A DNA stretch of 64,000 bases from an uncultured Thermoprotei archaeon (GCA_965367815.1 CBDUKN010000009.1:1-64000); one strand, 5' to 3'. Shown: positions 1-10,137, numbered from the stretch's first letter. Notes: generated by a model not told the origin, from the letters alone. Numbers and translations: made by a program.

Positions 1-47
1 CTACACCGTCTAATTCGTCGGCAGCGTCAGATGTGTATAAGAGACAG
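1..47 (+). other. Illumina Nextera i5 adapter contamination (end of P5 + 8-nt index + Read1/mosaic end)
   Basis: CTACAC + CGTCTAAT + TCGTCGGCAGCGTCAGATGTGTATAAGAGACAG; exact Nextera transposase adapter at the contig end. Confidence 0.98.
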
Positions 48-596
48 ATTTCTGATAGAGAAAAATCGGCAAAGGAATTTAAAGATATGATAATGCGTTT
101 AGAGAATATCTTACAAGAAGAAGAAGCAGCCGCATGTCTAGTAGCAGAACTTGAAAAAGATTTGAAAAAAAGTCTAGGAAAAAGACCAGCTATAAAGAAA
201 CTACTAGAGCTCCTAGGAATAAAAAAATATAACCTTACAGAAATTCTAGCATACCTTCTAGCATCATCAATAGACATCAAGTTCAGTAGAAACGCAGAAA
301 TTGATAGAGATAAAGTCATTGAACAAGTATTTGACGTAGTTTGTGCTACTTTAGGAGGAAATAAAGCTAGATTAGAGCTTGTTCCAAAATTTTACATACT
401 AATAGGATTCGATATTGATAGAGGATACGACTCACTGATAAAATATATCCGTGAACAAAAAGAAAAAGCTTCCAATGAAGATGAAAAAGCAAAAATGGAC
501 GCCCTTGAAGTTATTTTTCTTACAGAGAAAGATTACTATAAGAGACGGCTACTTGAACTTTTAGCCGAAATAGGAGAAGAGATTATGAGCACTTAG
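48..596 (+). CDS. 5'-truncated hypothetical helical protein, probable cargo of the integrated element
   Basis: Open frame to stop at 596; the MYKRQ start in the ORF track is adapter-derived; converges on the integrase. Confidence 0.6.
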   Translation: MSDREKSAKEFKDMIMRLENILQEEEAAACLVAELEKDLKKSLGKRPAIKKLLELLGIKKYNLTEILAYLLASSIDIKFSRNAEIDRDKVIEQVFDVVCATLGGNKARLELVPKFYILIGFDIDRGYDSLIKYIREQKEKASNEDEKAKMDALEVIFLTEKDYYKRRLLELLAEIGEEIMST

Positions 597-617
597 TGAA
601 AATACTATGAGAAACAA

Positions 618-1901
618 TTAAGTAAGCAGATATTCTGATATACATGGTGCATTTTTTTCATATATTCTTCTTAGGTCTCTTTCTGTGAAGGGGAGGTAGC
701 GGTTTTGAAGCAATTTGAATTCCTTTGGAGGGAGTCTTCCCTGTAAAAGGTTTACGATTAATGGGGAGACTCCTTTGGCTGTCATGTAGGCTGCAAAAAA
801 TGCTCTTAAATCATATAGTCTAAATTGGCGGCCTAGAGTTTTCTTCATAGCTTCGTAGATTTCTTTTCTTAGTTCGTAGTCGTTGAAGGGGAAGAGCTTT
901 GCTTCCCATTTTGCTGTATTTAGTCCGAGGTTTAGTACTGCTGCTTTGAATTTTTTCACGAATTCTTGCCTAAATAGGAGGTATGTTTCCTTGAGGTACT
1001 TTGCAGTTGTTTTATGTAGAAATGTAATGAAGCTTCTTTTTGTCTCTGAGACTTTCCCTATAACTATTTTCCTATTTTTTAGGTCTATTTGATTGAGCTT
1101 AAGAGAGTATATTTCACTCGGCCTCAGGCCGGTTTCAGCAAGAAGAATAAAGTATGCTTGTGCTCCTAAGTGCTCTACTGCCCTAGCTACCTCAATTACC
1201 TCTTCTAGTGTAATTGCCTCTGCTACAATTTTTTCTCTTGGCTGCGGAGTTTTAAAGGCGTAGTAGAGAGCCTGGTCTTTGAGGACCTTTTTGATAAACA
1301 GCTTTAGTGCGGCCGCAGTGTGGTGTGCAACATACTCTGATTCTTCTTTTAACTCAAGAACATATTCCTCAAGGCGCTCAGGCGTAAGCTCCCACTCTAA
1401 ATTATTTAATGCTCTTAGGAGATACCGTAAATGGTCTTCTCTAGTTTTCTTTGATTTATCCGAGAGTATTTTCTTGAATTTCTCTACGTGCTTCTCAGTG
1501 ACTTTAACTACATGAGGTATTTCGTGGGCCAGATTCTCGTAAAACCATTTCGCAATAAGATACTTCAAGTACTTGTCTTCCTTGGCGACTTCAAGTATCT
1601 CCATAACTAATCCGTAGTCAACTACACCTTCCCTAATAGCCCCTAGGGCCTCCAGCTTTTTTCTGGCTCCCAGCAGCCTAGTGAACTCCTCTTCAGAAAG
1701 AAACTCAAGCAGCCTGGATAGCAACCTATCTGAAATTCTCTTTTCTCCCTTTTTGACACGATATAGATAAGACTTATCGTAGCCTAGCTGCTTATAGCCT
1801 ACTTTAGTTAAAACATAGTCAAAAATCCTCCTCCTATCATCTTCACCTATTCTGCTTAAGTCAACTTGGTCTCTCCAAGTAATTTTTCTTACTTTTTTCA
1901 T
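618..1901 (-). CDS. int: Tyrosine integrase (crenarchaeal tRNA-targeting type) with N-terminal HTH-like region
   Basis: AETGLRPSE (catalytic R), YDLRAF (YxxR variant), LLQGR, NRYL (catalytic Y); lies just downstream of a tRNA 3' end. Confidence 0.93.
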   Translation of the reverse strand: MKKVRKITWRDQVDLSRIGEDDRRRIFDYVLTKVGYKQLGYDKSYLYRVKKGEKRISDRLLSRLLEFLSEEEFTRLLGARKKLEALGAIREGVVDYGLVMEILEVAKEDKYLKYLIAKWFYENLAHEIPHVVKVTEKHVEKFKKILSDKSKKTREDHLRYLLRALNNLEWELTPERLEEYVLELKEESEYVAHHTAAALKLFIKKVLKDQALYYAFKTPQPREKIVAEAITLEEVIEVARAVEHLGAQAYFILLAETGLRPSEIYSLKLNQIDLKNRKIVIGKVSETKRSFITFLHKTTAKYLKETYLLFRQEFVKKFKAAVLNLGLNTAKWEAKLFPFNDYELRKEIYEAMKKTLGRQFRLYDLRAFFAAYMTAKGVSPLIVNLLQGRLPPKEFKLLQNRYLPFTERDLRRIYEKNAPCISEYLLT

Positions 1902-1935
1902 TATTATCCCATCTACTTTTTCACTTAAAAATCTA

Positions 1936-1965
1936 GTTGCCCATCAGAACATCAGATTGGGCAAC
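1936..1965. repeat. Inverted repeat GTTGCCCA-N14-TGGGCAAC between tRNA and integrase start
   Basis: Perfect 8-bp arms; homologous palindrome at 48797-48825. Confidence 0.8.
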
Positions 1966-2008
1966 CGATGGTAATCCCACTCTAGGAGAATTCTCTTTTT
2001 CTTAAAAG

Positions 2009-2082
2009 TGCCGGGGCGGGGACTTGAACCCCGGAAAACCGGATTATGAGTCCGGCGCCTTAGACCCCTCGGCCACCCCGGC
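2009..2082 (-). tRNA. tRNA-Met(CAT), probably elongator
   Basis: GCCGGGG acceptor stem, CCGGA-CT-CAT-AA-TCCGG anticodon arm, GTTCAAG T loop. Confidence 0.93.
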
Positions 2083-2136
2083 ATTATTTTTTCCTTGCTA
2101 GAGAATATATTTCTTACTCCTTAATAGCGAAAAGAG

Positions 2137-3390
2137 CTATTGACCTATCTTAAAGCGCAATATGGCTGCTATTCCTCCAAAAGAGTTTCTAAGCATTTCT
2201 CCTTCTTCCGTATCAACAGATATTATCTCCACGTTGGTTCCTGTTTTTTCTGCTATTTCTATTAAATCGTCTATGAGCTTTTTCTTTTCGACAATATTTG
2301 CAGATACTTTGCATTTCGGACACTTTATTTCGTTGTTAAGGCTCTTTACAGTTTTTTCGAATATTTCTCCGCAGGCAGGGCACTTGGCTTTGATTCTATA
2401 TCCTTCTAGTTTCTCGGATACAAGTAGAGTATCTACTGCTCCCATTAGCAGTGCTCTCCTGACATATTCTTCTCCGTAAGTAGCTAATCCTGTGTCTCTA
2501 GCCACATGATATAAGAATTTTTGAACTATTTTCTTTTCTTTAGTAAACTCTAAATCTTTTAGTACTGACTCTGCTCTTTTAGCTAGTTCATATATTCCTT
2601 CTTCGCCGCTATTTCCTACGTCGAGTACTGCTATTATTTTCTCTTTAAGCCTGTAGTCTAAGTAATCGCCTTCAGCGAATTCGTATTTTGTTGGACCAGG
2701 GCCACCTATTATAAGTCCTTTAAGATTCTTTTCTTCAAGAAATATTCTTTTGGCATACTCGCCTGCTCTTTTTAAGAACTCGTGAGCTAGCTGCTCTATG
2801 ATTCTCTCAAATCTTCTTGAAGACTGTCCTCCTGCTCTATGTTTTCCGGGAACTCCTGATGTTATTTCCTTGATAATTTCTATTCTTTTTCCTTTGAGAA
2901 GAGCGTAGGCTGCTCCTCCTCTGTCTATTACCATCAGACCGTAGACATCTTTTTCCGCGATCATGTCCTCTAGTATTTCTACGTGGAAACGTGAATCACA
3001 TCGGTAGAGGTATACATTTAGTTTTTCTGGAGGCTCTAACACGTGTACTTCCATTTTTTCTGCTCCAGGTATTCCTGTCGAAACGTATCCGCAGAAAATA
3101 ACTAGTCCATTGGATGGAGTTTGCTTGAACAACTTAAGTCTCTGAATAACGCTGGTTAGCGCCTCTAGAACATGGTGTCTCGTTGTTCTGTCTTTAATGT
3201 TTGTTGCTGTCGAATACTCTTGTCTAAGTGTATTAAGTACGTCTGCTATAGGTCTTCCTGCAGGTATATATAATGTTATTAGCTCTGTGCCTCTACCCTT
3301 TTTCTGCTTTAACTCTTCAAGTAATCTTTTGAGCTTATATCTTTCAAGAGAGCTTCTCGTCTGCTTAGACATTGCATGAAAGATTAACAA
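2137..3390 (-). CDS. prf1: Peptide chain release factor aRF1 (true start probably MSKQ near 3372)
   Basis: GTELITLYIP, TNIKD, YRCDSRF, GGQS motifs. Confidence 0.97.
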   Translation of the reverse strand: MLIFHAMSKQTRSSLERYKLKRLLEELKQKKGRGTELITLYIPAGRPIADVLNTLRQEYSTATNIKDRTTRHHVLEALTSVIQRLKLFKQTPSNGLVIFCGYVSTGIPGAEKMEVHVLEPPEKLNVYLYRCDSRFHVEILEDMIAEKDVYGLMVIDRGGAAYALLKGKRIEIIKEITSGVPGKHRAGGQSSRRFERIIEQLAHEFLKRAGEYAKRIFLEEKNLKGLIIGGPGPTKYEFAEGDYLDYRLKEKIIAVLDVGNSGEEGIYELAKRAESVLKDLEFTKEKKIVQKFLYHVARDTGLATYGEEYVRRALLMGAVDTLLVSEKLEGYRIKAKCPACGEIFEKTVKSLNNEIKCPKCKVSANIVEKKKLIDDLIEIAEKTGTNVEIISVDTEEGEMLRNSFGGIAAILRFKIGQ

Positions 3391-3429
3391 CCATAAATTT
3401 AACTTTAACTCTTGATGTTTGCTGTGCTA

Positions 3430-4350
3430 CTATCTATGCGCTAAGCCAACTATACTTTTTATAGACTTGAAACCGTTTTCTTTAAGGTATTTCTCTATTC
3501 CTCTGTTTATTTCAGCAAATATATTTAGTCCTTTTTTAGCTATAGCTGATCCTATTTGAACAGCTGATGCGCCCGCAAGAAACATTTCTACAGCGTCTTT
3601 CCAAGTCTCTATTCCTCCAACACCTATTATAGGTAGCTCAGCTCCTCTGAACAAATCGTATACGCATCTTACAGCAATTGGGCGAATAGCTTTTCCCGAA
3701 AGTCCTCCATATATGGAAGATAAATACGGCTGTTTAGCGTAAATGTCTATCACGACACACTTAATAGTATTTATAGCTACGATGGCGTCGCCTCCTGCCT
3801 TTTCAATATGTTTTGCTAATTCAATAATATTGTCGCATAGACCTAGCTTGACCCATACTTTGAGTTTAGTAGTTTCCTTAATCTTCCTAATGGATTCTAC
3901 CAGAACGTTAATGTTTCTGGACAACTCAAGCCCGTAGCTTTTTACATGAGGACACGAGAAATTCAGTTCTACTGCCCTAAATCCTGTTTCCTCTACTGCT
4001 TCAGCCATTTTAAAGAATTCTTCAGTAGAACTTCCAGCCAAAGAAACAATTATTCTGTCTTTTTCGCTCAAATGCTTTATTTCTTCGAGTAAATGAAGAT
4101 ACCCTGGGTTAGGTAAGCCTAGAGCGTTTACATACCCTACTTCAAGCTCTATGAAACAGGGTGTAGAATGTCCTCTACGGGGATTTAATGTAACTGATTT
4201 AGTTACTACCGCTCCTGCGCCTGACTCAAGTACGCGTTTTATTAGAGAGGCAGAAGATCCGAGAATACCTGAAGCTAAGAAAACTGGCGATGGATACTTT
4301 AGTCCAGCGATCTCCACTTCTAGTGCAGTCATACTGGTATTTTTCGACAA
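3430..4350 (-). CDS. pyrD: Dihydroorotate dehydrogenase catalytic subunit
   Basis: ASG, VTKS, ELNFSCPH, INT, GGLSG, GVGGI motifs; pyr operon. Confidence 0.95.
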   Translation of the reverse strand: MSKNTSMTALEVEIAGLKYPSPVFLASGILGSSASLIKRVLESGAGAVVTKSVTLNPRRGHSTPCFIELEVGYVNALGLPNPGYLHLLEEIKHLSEKDRIIVSLAGSSTEEFFKMAEAVEETGFRAVELNFSCPHVKSYGLELSRNINVLVESIRKIKETTKLKVWVKLGLCDNIIELAKHIEKAGGDAIVAINTIKCVVIDIYAKQPYLSSIYGGLSGKAIRPIAVRCVYDLFRGAELPIIGVGGIETWKDAVEMFLAGASAVQIGSAIAKKGLNIFAEINRGIEKYLKENGFKSIKSIVGLAHR

Positions 4351-5123
4351 AATTCATCCCTCTTAAATTGCCCAAAATCGCTGTTTAAGAGAATATTCCC
4401 TTTTATTACAGGTCCTTCGCAACACACTCTAAGCCCTATTGGGTCTAACACGCAGCTGCCGCAGAGACCTACACCACACCTAATGTATCTTTCAAGACAT
4501 GCCTCCACTTCTACTCTATGGGACACACACAGCGAAACTACTTTATACATCATTTTCTCAGGTCCGCATGTATAAACATAGTCGTATTTTTCCTTAGAAA
4601 AGTGTTTTTTAAACAGATCTGTTATTAGACCTTTAAAGCCGTAAGTACCGTCTTCTGTTGCGATAAATAGTCTGCCTGATACGTCTCTAAGTTCTTTCAA
4701 CAAAATAAGGTCTTCTTTACTTTTAGCCCCATAGAATATATGCACATTCGTACCTTTTTCAAGTAGCTTTTTAGCTAAGTAGTAGAGAGGCGCTATTCCA
4801 TAGCCTCCTGCTACACATGCTACTTTTGCTCCTTCGATTAAAGTGAAACCTTTACCGTAAGGACCTCTTATACTGATGTAGTCTCCTCTTTTAGCATGAT
4901 TGTGAATATACGAAGTAGCTTCACCTACTCTCGCTATAATGAGCCTTATCGTTCTTCCATCTTCGTAAGCTACACTTATAGGTATCTCTTCAGTACCGGG
5001 ATACCACACCATAACGTACTGTCCTGGTTTAGAACATAGTTTTCTTTCAAGTTCAATAGAATACGACTTTATCCTGTAGTTTTCTAGTTTTACTTCTTTT
5101 ACCGCTCCAGCGATGTTTAGCAA
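4329..5123 (-). CDS. pyrK: Dihydroorotate dehydrogenase electron transfer subunit
   Basis: PGQYVM, RGPYG, GGYGIAP, CGPEKM, CGVGLCGSC...C 2Fe-2S motif. Confidence 0.95.
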   Translation of the reverse strand: MLNIAGAVKEVKLENYRIKSYSIELERKLCSKPGQYVMVWYPGTEEIPISVAYEDGRTIRLIIARVGEATSYIHNHAKRGDYISIRGPYGKGFTLIEGAKVACVAGGYGIAPLYYLAKKLLEKGTNVHIFYGAKSKEDLILLKELRDVSGRLFIATEDGTYGFKGLITDLFKKHFSKEKYDYVYTCGPEKMMYKVVSLCVSHRVEVEACLERYIRCGVGLCGSCVLDPIGLRVCCEGPVIKGNILLNSDFGQFKRDEFCRKIPV

Positions 5124-5126
5124 ACA

Positions 5127-5621
5127 CTACCACCGTGAAAGCTGCTCTACTATTTCATTTGAAGTAATGTATCGACCACAGTATTCACACTTTAGTATAA
5201 GCGGCTCTCTGCTAACTACCTTGAATACAGATGTTACAGGCTCTCTTGTCTGCCTTGTTATGCAGTTCGGATTACTGCACTTAATTAAACCAATTACTCT
5301 CTCAGGTACTTTTACTTTATGCTTGGCAACAACTTTATAGTCCTTTATGATGTTTATAGTTGCGTGAGGAGCTATTAGAGCTATTATGTTTACTTCTTCG
5401 GGTGTTAATTCTCTGTTCTCTATTTTTACTATATCTTTCTTACCTAGTTTCTTGCTTTTAACGTTCATAACTACCGCTATTGTAATGTTTTCTGATCCTT
5501 TAATTCCGAGTATCCTTAACACATTTATAGCATTGCCCGCAGTGATATGATCTATAACAGTACCATTTTTTATTTTTCTTACAATAAGTTCACTATTTTT
5601 CACATTAGCCATTTTAATCAC
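5127..5621 (-). CDS. pyrI: Aspartate carbamoyltransferase regulatory chain
   Basis: [23 protein letters not shown]...CEYC. Confidence 0.97.
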   Translation of the reverse strand: MIKMANVKNSELIVRKIKNGTVIDHITAGNAINVLRILGIKGSENITIAVVMNVKSKKLGKKDIVKIENRELTPEEVNIIALIAPHATINIIKDYKVVAKHKVKVPERVIGLIKCSNPNCITRQTREPVTSVFKVVSREPLILKCEYCGRYITSNEIVEQLSRW

Positions 5622-6573
5622 CTAAAATTAGGTTTAAGAGAGCCATTCTTACGGGAATACCGTAGGCAGCTTGCTTAAAATACTTAGCTTTAGAAAGCTT
5701 GTCTACTTCATACGGTATTTCATCTACTCTGGGAAGAGGATGAAGCACTATCGTGTTCTCTTTAGATTTAGACAAAAGTGTTGCTGTTACTCGGTAGCTT
5801 CCTTTAACTTTTTCATATTCTGAAGGATCAGGAAACCTTTCTTTCTGTATTCTGGTAACGTATAGTACGTCTAGCTCTGAAATTACTTCCTCGAGGTTGC
5901 TAGTTTCTATAAAGGGAATTCCTTTAGACTTTAAGTAGTCACGAACTTCTGCTCTGACTTTAAGTAAAGGAGGCGAAATTAGATAAAGCCTCTTTATGTT
6001 GTATAAAGTCACTCCGTAGATAAACGAGCATGCAGCCCTCCCGTACTTTAAATCACCTATAACACCTATATTTAGTCCATCTATAGTTCCTAGCTCGCGC
6101 CAAATAGTATATAGGTCTATCATAGCTTGCGTTGGATGATGCTGCGACCCATCGCCGCCGTTAATTACAGGTACATCAGCTATTTCAGCTGCAAATTTTG
6201 CTGCTCCTTCGATTCGGTGTCTTATCACAATGGCATCAGCATATGCATTAAGCATAGTAATAGTATCGGCTAGGCTCTCTCCTTTAGCGATTGAAGTTAT
6301 TTTCACTTCACCTAGATGTACCACTTCTCCTCCTAAACGCTTCATAGCAGCTTCAAAGCTGAGTCTAGTTCTAGTGCTTGGCTCGAAAAAGGCTAAAGCC
6401 AATATTTTACCCTTTAAGTAGTCGAAAGTTCTACCTTTGTATTTCTCGAATTTCAGGGCTTCCTCGAATAATGTGCTTAGCTCATCTCTGGAAAAGTCTA
6501 GTATCGATATAACGTCTCTTCCCTTAAACATCATAATTTTTTCAATCATATACTTAATATTTTTATCTTTCAC
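5614..6573 (-). CDS. pyrB: Aspartate carbamoyltransferase catalytic chain (start likely near 6533)
   Basis: [29 protein letters not shown]. Confidence 0.97.
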   Translation of the reverse strand: MKDKNIKYMIEKIMMFKGRDVISILDFSRDELSTLFEEALKFEKYKGRTFDYLKGKILALAFFEPSTRTRLSFEAAMKRLGGEVVHLGEVKITSIAKGESLADTITMLNAYADAIVIRHRIEGAAKFAAEIADVPVINGGDGSQHHPTQAMIDLYTIWRELGTIDGLNIGVIGDLKYGRAACSFIYGVTLYNIKRLYLISPPLLKVRAEVRDYLKSKGIPFIETSNLEEVISELDVLYVTRIQKERFPDPSEYEKVKGSYRVTATLLSKSKENTIVLHPLPRVDEIPYEVDKLSKAKYFKQAAYGIPVRMALLNLILGD

Positions 6574-6661
6574 ATGCAGCCTTTTTATATTACCTTATTA
6601 AAATGGCACAAGTGCCTTTGTTACAGGAAAAATAAATATACTACAGCCACATGAAAGACTT

Positions 6662-7432
6662 GTGGAAGATTTCGAAGATTTTTTTGAAAAGAAACTTTAC
6701 AAGAAAAAGTACAAGAAACTTAAAGACTCTGAGCTATTTGAGATTACAGAAGATGTATTTAGTTATTCAACACTAATGGCTCTCTATGAGCTGATTAATG
6801 ACCGCATTATCGATAAAATGTACGGTGTTGTCGCCACAGGTAAAGAAGCCCGAGTATATTGGGCTAAAGCTCCTGATGGAACAGATTTAGCCGTAAAGAT
6901 CTTTAAAGTAGAGACAACAGAATTCAGAAAATCTAGACTAAGTTACATGATCGGTGACCGTAGGTTCTCTAAAATAAGACGAGATTTAAGAAGCATTATC
7001 AGAACATGGTGTTCAAAAGAGTATAGGAACTTAAAACGCGCATATGACGCTGGAGTTAGAGTACCTAAACCCTATGCTTTTAAAGAAAATGTACTTGTTA
7101 TGGAGTTTATTGGAGAAGAAGGCGTTCCAGCGCCTTTAATTAAGGACCTTTCCCCGGAAGATCCTGATGCAGCATATAAAACTATAATATCAAGTATAGA
7201 AAAGCTGTACTGCGAAGCAAAACTAGTTCATGCAGATCTATCTGAATACAATATTTTAAATAAAGACGAAGAACTTGTAATTATTGACTGGGGTTCTGCC
7301 GTTGAGACAAGTCATCCACAAGCACTAGAGTTCCTATTTAGAGACATTAAGAACATCACTAGATACTTTGAAAAACTCGGCGCGGAAGTAGAAGACCCTC
7401 GCGAAGTCTTCAAAAGGATAGCTAAAATTTAG
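6662..7432 (+). CDS. rio1: RIO1-family serine kinase
   Basis: TGKEARVY, AVKIF, VHADLSEYNIL, IIDW. Confidence 0.93.
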   Translation: MEDFEDFFEKKLYKKKYKKLKDSELFEITEDVFSYSTLMALYELINDRIIDKMYGVVATGKEARVYWAKAPDGTDLAVKIFKVETTEFRKSRLSYMIGDRRFSKIRRDLRSIIRTWCSKEYRNLKRAYDAGVRVPKPYAFKENVLVMEFIGEEGVPAPLIKDLSPEDPDAAYKTIISSIEKLYCEAKLVHADLSEYNILNKDEELVIIDWGSAVETSHPQALEFLFRDIKNITRYFEKLGAEVEDPREVFKRIAKI

Positions 7433-7743
7433 AGCAAGTCCTTCAATAGCCCAAGTTTTTCTAGTTCTCTTACTTCGCTAGAAGTATAGCGATGTACTAT
7501 GTCACCTCTTTTATCAGATTGAAATTCCCATGGAGCAACTAATACTATGTCTCCGACTCTCATCCATACACGTTTTTTCATTCGTCCCGGAATTCTACAC
7601 AATCTTATGTAGCCGTCTGCGCATTTTACTCTGACTCGGTCATAGCCTAACATCTCGTCTATTACTCCTAGCACTTCACCTTCTCCAGGTAATCTTAACT
7701 TTACTTCCTCTTCTTCACTCTTTTTACGTTTCTTTTTAGCCAT
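7429..7743 (-). CDS. eif1a: Translation initiation factor aIF-1A
   Basis: RLCRIPGRMKKRVW, VAPWEFQ, RGDIVHRY. Confidence 0.96.
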   Translation of the reverse strand: MAKKKRKKSEEEEVKLRLPGEGEVLGVIDEMLGYDRVRVKCADGYIRLCRIPGRMKKRVWMRVGDIVLVAPWEFQSDKRGDIVHRYTSSEVRELEKLGLLKDLL

Positions 7744-7831
7744 AATATCACCTATTTAAGGTATAAACTCCTAGTAGTTAAATATTTTGCAAAATGTTAG
7801 CTTCGCTTAACTTAATTACATACCCCTGTGT

Positions 7832-8884
7832 TTAAGGCGGGAGTACGTATATTCTTCCACGATAATTGACCGCCTCAATAGTTCCTCCTACTTTGAGCCA
7901 CTGCGGTATTACTGGGAGTCTTGCTTCAATAGTTTCGTAGCTAGCCAAGTTAAGTAACGACACTACAGGAGGTGTAATAGAGTTTACCAAATACTTTTCT
8001 TTTTCTACTGAAACTCTTTTAGTAGATTTGGGGCAAGTCTTAGATGTTACATTAATCGTTTTATATGTAGATAAATTAACGAGCTTTATTATTCCCCTCT
8101 TAATTTCTTTTACGTAAAATAGTGTTCCTTTTATGTCGACAACATCTCCTTTACTGAATGGAGGAAGCTCTACCTTTACTGTAACTTTGGAAACAGGTCT
8201 ACCATTTCTATCTAAACGTATAAGCTTATATGTTTCTTTAATTAGCGCCGGAAACTCTTTTTGAATAGCTGCGGCAAGTGCTCGAGCTACATTAGCAGAT
8301 AATAGCTTAATGTCGAGCCCCTTTTTGTCTTCTATATCAACTATAACTGCATTTCGTTGTTTTCGCTGTAGTTTAGCTATTTCTATTTCAACTATTTCAA
8401 GTATTCTTTTCTTTTCTTCAAGCGAGAGCTCTCTATTAAGCGCTCTTACTTGAAGGATAGCCTTCTCCTTCTTTAAAATAATGTCTCGGCAAACAGGACA
8501 CACTTCGTATCGAACTCTAACTTCAGCCATATATTCTTCCTTGTAGTAAGGCATGTCGTGTCTGGCGCGCCCTACTACTGTTACTAGTACTGTATACTTG
8601 CTTTTGTTTTCCTCAGTTACCGAGATTTCAACATTTTTTATTTCTCCTTTGCTGAGTTTTTTGACTTCTCTTCTTATCAACTGAAGCAGAATACTTTCAA
8701 GGTCTCCTTTAACCCATTTGTTTAAGTAAAAGATACTGTTACATTCTCTACAAATCGTTATTTTAAGTTTGAGAGGTTTAGATAGCAAAGGATGGTTTTT
8801 TCTAAAACAATCTAAACACAGATTATCATAGTACACATCTACTTCTCTTCCACAAATAGCGCAAAATCTTTTCATTATTTTCAC
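7832..8884 (-). CDS. nmd3: NMD3-family ribosome biogenesis protein
   Basis: Four CxxC pairs, AILQVR, conserved context with aIF-1A and DUF424. Confidence 0.88.
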   Translation of the reverse strand: MKIMKRFCAICGREVDVYYDNLCLDCFRKNHPLLSKPLKLKITICRECNSIFYLNKWVKGDLESILLQLIRREVKKLSKGEIKNVEISVTEENKSKYTVLVTVVGRARHDMPYYKEEYMAEVRVRYEVCPVCRDIILKKEKAILQVRALNRELSLEEKKRILEIVEIEIAKLQRKQRNAVIVDIEDKKGLDIKLLSANVARALAAAIQKEFPALIKETYKLIRLDRNGRPVSKVTVKVELPPFSKGDVVDIKGTLFYVKEIKRGIIKLVNLSTYKTINVTSKTCPKSTKRVSVEKEKYLVNSITPPVVSLLNLASYETIEARLPVIPQWLKVGGTIEAVNYRGRIYVLPP

Positions 8885-9183
8885 CTAATTAGCTGTACGT
8901 GTGGTATACCGGCCACTTTGATGGGAGCATCTTTTGATAATAATCCCTTTTCAATAGCTCTATTAATTACATTTTCTCCGAAAAGACTCGCTATTGTAGC
9001 TGCTTCCAGCAAAGCTAGTGCTTGATCTATTTCCATTAATTTTCCTCCGAAGAATGATGAAGAGAAATCTATGACAATATTTCCTTGTTTAAACTTTTTC
9101 CCCAGGAGATCAGCATCACAGATACTGACTACTACTTCTCCTCTAACTTCGTGTACTTTGACATAACACATATTCTTCATCAA
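8881..9183 (-). CDS. DUF424 family protein
   Basis: ICDADLLGK, FFGG, C-terminal PHVQ; typical neighbour of nmd3. Confidence 0.85.
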   Translation of the reverse strand: MMKNMCYVKVHEVRGEVVVSICDADLLGKKFKQGNIVIDFSSSFFGGKLMEIDQALALLEAATIASLFGENVINRAIEKGLLSKDAPIKVAGIPHVQLIR

Positions 9184-9231
9184 GACCGACCTAAACTCCT
9201 ATCTTTTAGTCAGCTTAATATTTTTTACTTA

Positions 9232-9287
9232 AAATCAGCTCTGATGTCTCTCTTCACCAAATCCGCAATACCAGCCCTCATCATAAT
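9232..9287 (-). ncRNA. Box C/D methylation guide sRNA
   Basis: Minus strand: C ATGATGA - GGGCTGGTATTG - D' CGGA - C' GTGAAGA - GAGACATCAGAG - D CTGA; 12-nt guides; the D' guide complements 16S rRNA TAATACCAGCCC. Confidence 0.85.
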
Positions 9288-9297
9288 TCATCGATAT

Positions 9298-10053
9298 TTA
9301 TGCTATAGGTATCGGCAGCGATCTTATATATTCTCTCAGTCTTCCCTTAATCACTATTCCTTTGCCTGGCACTATCTCGAATACATATATCGAAGGCTTA
9401 ACAGGCCTCCACCTCATTTTTCTAACAAGAAGTGTTCGTATATATTCATCGCCTATTCTTTGAAGCCCTAAGACAAGCACTCCACTGGCAAGAAATTCCT
9501 CTACTCCAAAGCGGCTAATAGTATTGCTATTAGTCGGTATTTCAGATGTTATGACAGTAGTGCAGCCAATGTCGTTTTCAATACTTATGATAAGTCTTCG
9601 TATAAATTCTCTCATCCAGACGATATCTTTTTCCTGAAATACTAGCGAAACTATAGGATCTATAACTAGGCGAGACGCTTTTATTTTATCTACCTCCAAT
9701 TTAATGTCAGTTACAATTGACCTAACTACAGTGTCGAGAGGCTTCTCGCTCAGCTTTTCCATAGCTTCTTGTGATAGCGTTAGAATATTGAGCAAACCTC
9801 TTTCTACTAGGGCATCTAGATCCCATCCGAAGTCTTTTGCTCCGCGCATTAAGTCTTCTACTCTTTCATCAACTAAGACGTATACTCCTCTGTCGCCTAA
9901 AGTTATTCCATATACTAGGAAATTGAGTGAGAATAAAGTTTTTCCAGTACCTGTTTCTCCTGAAACTAGGTATGTTCTGCCTTTAATGAACCCACCTCCT
10001 ATTATTGGATCTAATCCTTCTATTCCTGTAGGTACTACCTCGAGTCCTTTCAT
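9298..10053 (-). CDS. Single-domain KaiC/RAD55-like ATPase
   Basis: TGIEGLD, GETGTGKT, RLVIDP, SRFGVEEF, VRKMR. Confidence 0.9.
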   Translation of the reverse strand: MKGLEVVPTGIEGLDPIIGGGFIKGRTYLVSGETGTGKTLFSLNFLVYGITLGDRGVYVLVDERVEDLMRGAKDFGWDLDALVERGLLNILTLSQEAMEKLSEKPLDTVVRSIVTDIKLEVDKIKASRLVIDPIVSLVFQEKDIVWMREFIRRLIISIENDIGCTTVITSEIPTNSNTISRFGVEEFLASGVLVLGLQRIGDEYIRTLLVRKMRWRPVKPSIYVFEIVPGKGIVIKGRLREYIRSLPIPIA

Positions 10054-10137
10054 AGACTCCCGTCTTCCTACTCGCTCTACCTATTTAAACCTATATTAAA
10101 TAACTGCTAATAAACGTACTAAGCAATACACACAATA

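Larger units (their letters stand above)
48..2008. mobile_element. End of an integrative element inserted at the 3' end of tRNA-Met; continues beyond the contig end
   Basis: Intact integrase abutting the tRNA 3' end in the same orientation; the other att site is not in the window. Confidence 0.75.

Noticed and set aside
29-47. Tn5 mosaic end as a natural transposon end
   Set aside because: It is preceded by the rest of the Nextera adapter and index, so it is a library artefact.
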